Source: Alkalispirochaeta sp. | GTDB taxonomy: Bacteria; Spirochaetota; Spirochaetia; DSM-27196; Alkalispirochaetaceae | Assembly (NCBI GenBank): GCA_965601925.1 | Contig: OZ271854.1 | Location: forward strand, 2,304,001-2,368,000 | Reading direction: 5' to 3' | DNA length: 64,000 nucleotides | Notes under the pieces: model-generated | The model's input: only the letters and a program-made list of their open reading frames with translations | What the model was told of the DNA's origin: nothing | Database searches by the model: none | Shown: positions 56,798 to 64,000 of the stretch, in pieces | How the letters are laid out: every line of letters starts with the position of its first letter | How positions within the stretch are numbered: position 1 is the stretch's first letter | Position numbers and translations under genes: made by a program

Positions 56798-57766
56798 TCA
56801 GTACGCGACGATGTGCGTCCCGGCGTTGCCTTCCACCGCTTCCAGGAGATTCTCCTCGTTGGTGATGATGACTCGATTGCCCGGGTCGGCCTGCACGAAC
56901 TCGATCGCCGCCATCATTTTGGGGCCCATCGAGCCCGGCGGGAACTGCCCGTCCTGATAGTAGTGCCGTGCCTGGGCGAGGGTAATGCGGTCCAGCGGTT
57001 TTTCGTCGCTCTTGCCGAAGTTGATCGTAACCTTCGGGACGCCGGTAATGACGATGAGGGTACGCGCGTGAACGGCGATTGCCAGTTTCATACTGGCAAG
57101 ATCCTTGTCTATGACGCAGTCGACACCCTGTATTGTCCCGTTTTCGTCGTACGCAACGGGAATGCCGCCGCCGCCGCCGGTGATCAGCATGTAGTGTTCC
57201 TTGAGAAGGTTGCGGATCGCATCCTTTTCCACGATATCGATCGGATAGGGCGAGGCGACGAATCGACGCCATCCGCGCCCGGCATCCTCTTTCACCAACC
57301 ATCCCCGCTCCTCGATGAGCTTTTGCGCCTGCTCCTCAGTGTAGAAGGGACCGATCGGCTTGGTCGGGTTATCCATCGCAGGATCGCGGCGGTCGACGAT
57401 GATCTGCGCGGGAATCGTCACCACGTTGCGCCACATCCCCTGGGCGATCATCTCGTTTTGCAGACACTGCTCGATCATGTATCCCATCGAACCGCAGGTC
57501 ATCGAGTCGAGCACACCGAGGGGCACCTCGGGCACCTCATCTTTGGCAAGCTCGTTTTGAAGGAGGAGATTGCCCACCTGCGGGCCGTTACCGTGGGTAA
57601 CGATGAAGTTGTAGCTCCGCTTCATCAACTCGACGACGGGTCGCACCGTACGACGCACGTTCTCGAACTGCTCGGCGACGGTGCCGCGCTGGCCCTTTGC
57701 GATAATCGAATTGCCGCCCAGGGCGATGACGGCAAGGCTTGCGTTGTGTTCCGTTTGTCGATTCAT
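56798..57766 (-). CDS. arcC: Carbamate kinase
   Basis: ALGGNS, THGNGPQVG, NPTKPIGPFY, GGGGIPV, VIDKD and GSMGPK. Confidence 0.95.
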   Translation of the reverse strand: MNRQTEHNASLAVIALGGNSIIAKGQRGTVAEQFENVRRTVRPVVELMKRSYNFIVTHGNGPQVGNLLLQNELAKDEVPEVPLGVLDSMTCGSMGYMIEQCLQNEMIAQGMWRNVVTIPAQIIVDRRDPAMDNPTKPIGPFYTEEQAQKLIEERGWLVKEDAGRGWRRFVASPYPIDIVEKDAIRNLLKEHYMLITGGGGGIPVAYDENGTIQGVDCVIDKDLASMKLAIAVHARTLIVITGVPKVTINFGKSDEKPLDRITLAQARHYYQDGQFPPGSMGPKMMAAIEFVQADPGNRVIITNEENLLEAVEGNAGTHIVAY

Positions 57767-57839
57767 GGTGCGTCAAGTGTAGCACCGCGCCGATCAACGT
57801 GCCAGAGAAAACGCTTCGCCGGTGAGCACGCCCGCCCCG

Positions 57840-58742
57840 CTACCACATCACGACCGGACGACCGTCCACGTGGGCGATCGTCAACGGGACATCGAAGAGG
57901 AGTCCCAGCAGATCTTCCCGCATGACCTCGGAGGTCGGTCCGTGAGCCAGACACCCGCCGTCGTGGAGCAGAATCAACCGATCCGCGCAAATAGAGGCAA
58001 ATTCCGGGTCGTGGGTGGAGAAGATCGTCGTAACCCCGTCGTCCCGGAGAGAATGGAGAAGATCGACCAAGCGACGCTTGTTGAAGATATCCAGGTGCGA
58101 GGTCGGTTCGTCCATGAGGAGAAGACGCGGTTGTTGTGCCAGGCAACGGGCGAGCATCACCAGTTGCTTTTCACCGCCGCTCATCTCGGTAACGGGAGTA
58201 TGTGCGCGGCCGGCCATTCCGACGCGGTCGAGCGCCTCAAAGGCGATATCGCGGTCGGTCGTCCCGGGAGCCTCAAGCGGGGAGAGGTAGGGCGCGCGGG
58301 CGAGGAGCACGTAGTCAATCAGCCGATATTCAAACGCAATATGCTCGTCTTGCGGAAGGAGCGATACGGTGCGGCCCATACCGCGACGACCGAGGGAGGC
58401 GATTCTCTCGCCGAAGAGGGTGATATGTCCCCGGCGCGGTCTGAGCCATCCCAGTATCAGGCTCAACAGCGTCGTTTTTCCCACCCCGTTCGGCCCGAGT
58501 ATCGCATTGATGCCTCCGGACGGAACGGCGAGCGTGACGTCGCGTAGAATCTCTCTCGCATCGGAGACCGCGCGCGGCTTGTCCGGTGTTGCGGCATAGG
58601 AGAATCCGACGCCGTCGATTGCGACCGCCGGGTCATGCGTCGTTATGCCGGGTCGAGTCATCGAGCCACCCCTCCCGTGGTGAGTCATCGAGCCACCCCT
58701 CCCGTGGTGAGTCATCGAGCCACCCCTCCCGTGGTGAGTCAT
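57840..58742 (-). CDS. Fec/Btu-type ABC transporter ATP-binding subunit (four in-frame alternative starts)
   Basis: GPNGVGKT, MSGGEKQ and MDEPTSHLD; ATGs at 58742, 58715, 58688 and 58661. Confidence 0.9.
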   Translation of the reverse strand: MTHHGRGGSMTHHGRGGSMTHHGRGGSMTRPGITTHDPAVAIDGVGFSYAATPDKPRAVSDAREILRDVTLAVPSGGINAILGPNGVGKTTLLSLILGWLRPRRGHITLFGERIASLGRRGMGRTVSLLPQDEHIAFEYRLIDYVLLARAPYLSPLEAPGTTDRDIAFEALDRVGMAGRAHTPVTEMSGGEKQLVMLARCLAQQPRLLLMDEPTSHLDIFNKRRLVDLLHSLRDDGVTTIFSTHDPEFASICADRLILLHDGGCLAHGPTSEVMREDLLGLLFDVPLTIAHVDGRPVVMW

Positions 58743-58752
58743 CGAGCCACCC
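58655..58752. repeat. 27-bp tandem repeat x3.6 over the permease stop and ATPase start
   Basis: GAGTCATCGAGCCACCCCTCCCGTGGT at 58655, 58682 and 58709, plus a 17-nt partial copy at 58736. Confidence 0.95.
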
Positions 58753-59707
58753 GTATGTTGTGCGTCATCATGAGCGCGACAAACGCCGGCGCGCCTAAAA
58801 GAGCGGTAATGACGCCGAGCGGTATCTCCCCCGCGATGACGGTGCGGGCGGCGCCGTCGGCGAGGAGCACGAATGTCGCTCCCAGGAGTGCCGCGGCGGG
58901 GAGCGACGCCGCGGCGTCGGCCCGAAAGAGTCGGCGCGCGGCGTGGGGTACGATGAGCCCGACCCACCCTACGATACCGGCTACGGAAATCACCGACGCC
59001 ACCGCCACCGTCGCCGCAACGAGTATTGCGGCGCGCTCGCGTCCGGGAGCCGCTCCCAGAGAGAACGAGACCCGGTCCTCCAAGGAGAGGAGGTTTACGC
59101 GCCATCTGGCAAGGTACAGCACTACCAGCGATATCGCCACGGGTGGGAACACCCTTGCCAACTCCGGCCATCCGACGTTCCATAGGCCGCCGAGCAACCA
59201 GAAGGTGATTGCCGGCAGTTGCTCCAACGGGTCGGCGACGAACTTTATGAGTCCGACTCCGGCCGAGAGTATCGCCGAGACCGCGATGCCGGACAGCACC
59301 AAGCGGAGTATCCACCCGCCGAAGCGCAATCGACGCGCGATCGTATAGGCGCATCCCAGTCCGATGAGGGCGCCCGCAGCCGCGGCCCCTTGTACCGCCC
59401 ACGGACGCGCTCCGACGATGACGATCATGAGTGAGGCCCCGAACGCGGCTCCTTGAGAGACACCGATGAGTCCCGGCTCCACAAGCGGGTTGGCAAAGAG
59501 CATTTGCATGACTACGCCGGCAACGGCCAAAGCCGATCCCAAAAAGATAGCGGCAAGTGCCCGCGGTAGGCGTAGTTCTAGGACGAGACGCAGCGCCAAC
59601 GGATCGTCGAACAGGATCGACGGTGAGATAAAGCCGGTATTCGGGTATCGTCCCGCGAGAAGCACACTCAACAGCGCGACGGGAAGGGCCGCCGTCAGAA
59701 CGACCAT
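58739..59707 (-). CDS. FecCD/BtuC-family ABC permease
   Basis: LRLPR, NPLVEP, FWLLG, GWVGLIVPH and EIPLG. Confidence 0.93.
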   Translation of the reverse strand: MVVLTAALPVALLSVLLAGRYPNTGFISPSILFDDPLALRLVLELRLPRALAAIFLGSALAVAGVVMQMLFANPLVEPGLIGVSQGAAFGASLMIVIVGARPWAVQGAAAAGALIGLGCAYTIARRLRFGGWILRLVLSGIAVSAILSAGVGLIKFVADPLEQLPAITFWLLGGLWNVGWPELARVFPPVAISLVVLYLARWRVNLLSLEDRVSFSLGAAPGRERAAILVAATVAVASVISVAGIVGWVGLIVPHAARRLFRADAAASLPAAALLGATFVLLADGAARTVIAGEIPLGVITALLGAPAFVALMMTHNIRVAR

Positions 59708-59739
59708 CTTCCAACGCCCGCCGGCGGGTTCTCCGGCGG

Positions 59740-60873
59740 TCAGTCGATATCTCCGGTAAGGATGGGCGAAATCGTCTCGGCGTATGCCGCCTCATTCATC
59801 CCGTACACCACGCGAAAAAACTCCTCGGCTCGGTCGGTGATATCGATATCGCCGAAGAGCTCCGGCTGGAGACGCGTCGCGAGCCACTGCAGACCGAGAA
59901 TCCACCGTGTGTCCGGCTGATCCCAACTGTAGTAGTCGACCGGAAAGGCGTGAAACCGGTCGCTTTGCACCGCCGCAAGCGCCTGCCAACGCGGTTGCTC
60001 CGAGAGACGGTCGCGCACTTCCGGGCCCGAACCGTCGTACGCGATCAGCACGATCTCCTCGGGGTTCCATGCGGCGATCTCTTCGAAGCCGACGGTAATC
60101 CAGCCGCGGCCGGAGACGGCCTCGGGCCAGACGGGTGCACCGCCGGCACTTTCTACGAGCTGTGTTTGTATCCAACCGGCCGGTGGTACCTGAAAGGAGA
60201 CGTCGCCGTCGGTCGAGCGGTAGTACACCAAGAGCGTCCGCGGTCGTCGGTCCGCCGAAAGAGTTGCGGTGCGCTCTTCAATCTCCGCGGCGCGTCGGCG
60301 GTACCAATCCGCAAGAGAGGCTGCGCGAACCTCCTCGTCGAATACTTCCCCGAGGGTGAGAATGTCGCGTTGGTACTGTTCCGGCGTCTCCAACTCTATG
60401 TACAGGACCGGAATGTCCAGCCGCTCGAGTCCCATGCCCAATGTCTCGCGCATAAAGGTCTTGAGAACGACCAGATCGGGAGAAAGGGCGGCGATCTGTT
60501 CGGGGCCGACGTTGCGCTCCAAGACGGCCTTCTCGTCGTAGTCCCGGTCGATTGCGCGAAGGAAGTTACCGCGCCCCTGGTTGATCCTACCGATGCCGAC
60601 CAGCCGCTCCGGCGCCTCCTCGAAGGCGTATATGACGTCGGCGATCATCAACACCGCCCGTCCGGCGAGAACCACTCTCCGAGGATCGGTACTCACCGAG
60701 ACCTCACGACCCAACGCATCGGTTACCACACGCCGCTCGACGACCGCCGCATCGGCGCTCGCACGCTCGTCCTCTTCCGACGCGCCTGAGCCGAAGACCG
60801 GCACCGACAACCCGAGCATCACGGTGCACAGAAGAAGGAAACCCGTTCGCGCAGCCGGCGCGACGGAGTCCAC
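59740..60873 (-). CDS. Fec/Btu-type ABC substrate-binding protein
   Basis: Signal peptide ending FGSGASEE, VTDALGREV, EQIAALSPDLV and WQALAAVQ. Start uncertain (60873-60903). Confidence 0.88.
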   Translation of the reverse strand: MDSVAPAARTGFLLLCTVMLGLSVPVFGSGASEEDERASADAAVVERRVVTDALGREVSVSTDPRRVVLAGRAVLMIADVIYAFEEAPERLVGIGRINQGRGNFLRAIDRDYDEKAVLERNVGPEQIAALSPDLVVLKTFMRETLGMGLERLDIPVLYIELETPEQYQRDILTLGEVFDEEVRAASLADWYRRRAAEIEERTATLSADRRPRTLLVYYRSTDGDVSFQVPPAGWIQTQLVESAGGAPVWPEAVSGRGWITVGFEEIAAWNPEEIVLIAYDGSGPEVRDRLSEQPRWQALAAVQSDRFHAFPVDYYSWDQPDTRWILGLQWLATRLQPELFGDIDITDRAEEFFRVVYGMNEAAYAETISPILTGDID

Positions 60874-61006
60874 GCAAGATACTTCTTTCATAGCGGTGGT
60901 CATTGTGAAAGGCGCTTTCGAGCTGGTCAAGAGCGACGGTGCCCTTCCCGCGATCAAGCGCCGTGGCCGGACGTCGTAACGTCCGCGAAGCTCGATTACG
61001 CAGGCT

Positions 61007-62104
61007 TCAGATCGCGAACGCGTCCGGTTCAAGTCGACGCGCCGTCTCCTCGACGTTGCCGACAAATTGAGACAGCCAGGTCATGCCCAGGACAAATGCA
61101 ATGACCTCGAGCCCGACGAAATTGATGCGACCAAGGAGCGTCAGAACCGATGCCGCCACCAAAATCGCGGTAAAGATCCATGATTCGACGAAGAACTCGT
61201 ACGAGAACCCGGGCACCAACCACCGGACGCCGACCATCAACAAGCCCAGCACCCCTGCGGCGGAGTACGTCCCGACAGCGTGCATAAAGCGGGTAAACGG
61301 AGTGAGGTTGGCCCGAAAGGCACCGACAAGTGCAAGTGCCACGGCCAACACGACGAAACCGACGCGTAACGGCCGAACGCTACGCGTGTTGGCGACGCCG
61401 TGACGCACGACGATCTCGTAGTCGCTCATCGCGTACCCCAGCCAAACGAGAAACATGATCCCCACAAAAATGAGCGTCGAGTTAAAGATTACGCTGACGT
61501 TGGACTCCATTTCACCCATGTAGCTAAACGAGACTTGCCACCACAGCGGGTCGTCGATGTTGGTCATAGTGAGATATAGGCCACCGCCCATGATTACCAG
61601 AATGAGCTTCAACAGGCGCGTACTGTCGACGTATATCGTCTGGCTCACGATCCAGCCGGCACATACGCCGGTTCCCATCCCCGCCAGTAGAGCGCTTTGC
61701 AGCGTGTTGAGCGCCAGAAACTGAAACGCCGCTTCAATGATCGTCAGCAGCAGCACCGCGATCGCGGCAGCGAAGAGCATGTATGCGATCGCGATCGGCA
61801 CAACCGTTATCGCCCAGCGTCTTTGGCGTTCCGGACCAACTCGCTCGTTCCACGCTTTCACACCCACGATGAAGCCGAATCCGGCGGCGAACAATGAGAT
61901 GGGAAACATACCGAGAAACGCGAGAACTCCGAACGACCGCACATCTTCCAGGAGCGGAATTGGGTTACGGCCGATGTTGAACACGATGACCGAGACGCCC
62001 ACGAGGACCCCGACCGTCAATGCGACGCGTGTCGATACTCGCTCCGCGTAACCTTTGAGTGAAGACTTCGATTCAACCTTACCCGAGGCTTCGATTTTGC
62101 TCAT
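61007..62104 (-). CDS. Multi-pass membrane protein (DUF998-like C-terminal half)
   Basis: About 10 TM; DPLWWQVSFSYMG, FNSTLI, H and GLE motifs. Confidence 0.7.
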   Translation of the reverse strand: MSKIEASGKVESKSSLKGYAERVSTRVALTVGVLVGVSVIVFNIGRNPIPLLEDVRSFGVLAFLGMFPISLFAAGFGFIVGVKAWNERVGPERQRRWAITVVPIAIAYMLFAAAIAVLLLTIIEAAFQFLALNTLQSALLAGMGTGVCAGWIVSQTIYVDSTRLLKLILVIMGGGLYLTMTNIDDPLWWQVSFSYMGEMESNVSVIFNSTLIFVGIMFLVWLGYAMSDYEIVVRHGVANTRSVRPLRVGFVVLAVALALVGAFRANLTPFTRFMHAVGTYSAAGVLGLLMVGVRWLVPGFSYEFFVESWIFTAILVAASVLTLLGRINFVGLEVIAFVLGMTWLSQFVGNVEETARRLEPDAFAI

Positions 62105-62224
62105 TGCGACGCTCCCAGTTCTGCGTAATTTTGATCCATATGGTACCCTTTGAAACCGTTCGTCAAGAGCGCGGCAACGACACGGGCGCAGGGAGTAGAG
62201 GCGGTGCTTGCGGAGGGGGTAACG

Positions 62225-62665
62225 ATGACTGTGAGAAAACTTTGGCCGGCGGTGCTGCTCGCATTAGCGGTCAACGGGTTTGCCGAAACGACGTGCGATC
62301 CGGCAACTGAAGAAGCCGCCGGCGACGCCGACGGCTGTCCGGTTCTATCCAGTTCCGACTGGAACGCATGGATCGATCACACGCCCGGTACCGGCGAACC
62401 CACGCTCAATGTCACCGGTGTTGTGGAGCTCCCTACACCCGGTTTCACGTTTGTGTGGCGAGAGGGTCCGTTGGATCGCCGCAGTCCGCCCACGCAGCGT
62501 TTGGTGCTCGTGCCCGAGTCGCCGACCGGGCTCGTCGCCCAAGTTTTGACGACCGAGACCGTCCAGTACCGGGCACATGCGCTCGCGACGGACTATCGTT
62601 CGATCCACATCGTGTGTGGTTCGCACACGCTGGCGATCATCGACGAGGTTGCAGCGGTTTACTAA
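62225..62665 (+). CDS. Secreted hypothetical protein
   Basis: GGAGG RBS, signal peptide (RKLWPAVLLALAVNGFA), WNAWID..PG and LPTPG; three Cys. Confidence 0.65.
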   Translation: MTVRKLWPAVLLALAVNGFAETTCDPATEEAAGDADGCPVLSSSDWNAWIDHTPGTGEPTLNVTGVVELPTPGFTFVWREGPLDRRSPPTQRLVLVPESPTGLVAQVLTTETVQYRAHALATDYRSIHIVCGSHTLAIIDEVAAVY

Positions 62666-62776
62666 CGGGCCGATTGCTCAAACGCGCCGATTCGGCGGTC
62701 GAGTCTGTTTCGGCGCGCCATTTGCGATGACGGGAATCGCGCCGTGTGCGTCGATTGGATACGTTTCTCGATCGCA

Positions 62777-63967
62777 TCACCACACGATCCCGAGGTTGAC
62801 GCCGGCCATAACGGTATTTCCGTCGGGCTCGAAGAAGAGCATCACGGGGATATCGAGCTTTGCCGGACCGATGTTGAATCCGATTCCCGATGTGAGGCGC
62901 GGTCGAAGTAATCGTGGACTCGCCGTATTGGTGATGTTGAACGCTACTGAACCGGGGACGATAACCACCGCATCATCAAACGCCGGATCGGGGTCCGCAT
63001 CCAACCCAACATCGGTACCGAACTCGAGTCGGGACCGCCCAAACACTAAATCGACGCCGGCACCCAGGTTGATATCGAGTAACCAGAAGATACGGAGCCC
63101 GGTGGTGACCTCAAAGGGAATCGAATAGGTGCGCGATTCGACGACCGCCGTGATCGTCGGCGAAACGACCAAGTCCAAGAACGAATCGTCGGCGCTACGA
63201 CCGAGCGCGGCAAGCGCGGCCGGACTGAATCCCAAATCGCCGTAGGTGATCGGCTGGGAAAAGTCCTCATCTTGGATCGTGACGGTGAGGTCGGTTCGAC
63301 TACGCTGAAACAGCAGACCCGTAGCCAGCGTCAGGCCGCGCCACCGAAGGACGCCGAGCGGTGCTTGGCGCGATGCGAGTAGTTGGTAGTTGAGATTCAT
63401 ACCGACGCTGAGTGAGCTATAGGCGATACCGGTCGAAACGGTCCCTTGTGCGATATCGGCAAGACCGACTTTGGCGTCGACGCGTGTCTTTGGGATCCAC
63501 CGGCTGAGATTGAAGCCGATCGAAGCGACAATCGGTTGAATCGACGCTCCCACGTAAATGTCGCCTTCGGTCTCGAGATCGGCAACTGCGGTTTGGAATG
63601 CCAGAGGATCGAGCCCGGGGACCGAAACGCCGACTCCGGCGCCCACGACCACGGCGAGTATCCGGTAGTCGCTAAACGCGCGTTGTGTCCCCAGATGCGC
63701 CGCCGCCGCACCGGCGTGCGCCGCGGCGGTTGCGAGTTCCGGCAGCGACGCAAAGCGTTGTATGTCCTCGTCGCTATTAAGTTGCGTTTCAAGTTCGGCA
63801 ATGGTCGACATCGTGTTGTCCACATCGAGTAGGCTATCGAGGACCGGCTGAAGTGGGATCAAGGACCCCAGGAGCCGGACTTCGGGCGCGTCGATCGTAA
63901 TCTCGAACGGTTGGGCCGACACACCTCCGTTCATCGACAGCGCGAGGGCCAGCGCGGTACACGCCAC
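62777..63967 (-). CDS. Secreted/outer-membrane protein, beta-strand-rich (spirochaetal Lsa36-like); true start may lie upstream
   Basis: Signal peptide, amphipathic beta strands, C-terminal GVNLGIVW; family assignment from recollection only. Confidence 0.6.
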   Translation of the reverse strand: MACTALALALSMNGGVSAQPFEITIDAPEVRLLGSLIPLQPVLDSLLDVDNTMSTIAELETQLNSDEDIQRFASLPELATAAAHAGAAAAHLGTQRAFSDYRILAVVVGAGVGVSVPGLDPLAFQTAVADLETEGDIYVGASIQPIVASIGFNLSRWIPKTRVDAKVGLADIAQGTVSTGIAYSSLSVGMNLNYQLLASRQAPLGVLRWRGLTLATGLLFQRSRTDLTVTIQDEDFSQPITYGDLGFSPAALAALGRSADDSFLDLVVSPTITAVVESRTYSIPFEVTTGLRIFWLLDINLGAGVDLVFGRSRLEFGTDVGLDADPDPAFDDAVVIVPGSVAFNITNTASPRLLRPRLTSGIGFNIGPAKLDIPVMLFFEPDGNTVMAGVNLGIVW

Positions 63968-64000
63968 GATACATCGTCTGTGCCTGCGCGGCGGTATACC

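Noticed and set aside
57840..59795. 651-aa ABC ATPase as given in the ORF track
   Set aside because: The upstream part overlaps the permease in another frame; real starts are at 58661-58742.
60904..61006. Cobalamin riboswitch upstream of the Fec/Btu ABC operon
   Set aside because: Only a GCCACGG...GGGAAGG resemblance; the other conserved elements are missing and the gap is too short.

Overview
GC-rich bacterial chromosome segment, very likely from a spirochaete: it carries cfpA and spirochaete-style secreted proteins. I found no rRNA, tRNA, CRISPR array, transposase or phage genes. 1-16 kb is a signalling block: a >1390-aa Ser/Thr-kinase/AAA-ATPase/GAF protein running off the left edge (missing from the ORF track), two chemoreceptors, a 7TM histidine kinase, a receiver-PP2C protein, a radical SAM protein and a FlhG/MinD ATPase. 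16-26 kb is the cytoplasmic-filament locus: LysM membrane protein, cfpA, a hypothetical protein, a PPDK-like protein and a J-domain protein. 27-58 kb is a catabolic region: amidase, CoA-transferase, cyclase-family hydrolase, Na+/solute symporter, two chimeric ligase genes, FdrA/YlbE/YlbF, a uracil-type permease, a Na+-pumping biotin decarboxylase, a three-subunit Mo hydroxylase and carbamate kinase. 58-64 kb holds a Fec/Btu-type ABC transporter and membrane or secreted proteins. Three candidate undescribed systems stand out. (1) A PPDK homologue with a degenerate ATP site sits beside a protein with a cryptic HPr-like His15 domain downstream of cfpA, suggesting a PEP-driven phosphorelay at the filament. 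(2) Two adjacent genes are reciprocal chimeras of a lipoate-ligase fold and an acyl-CoA ligase. (3) A gene set could form an energy-conserving oxidative uracil/thymine degradation route. All family assignments come from motif recognition by eye; no database search was run.
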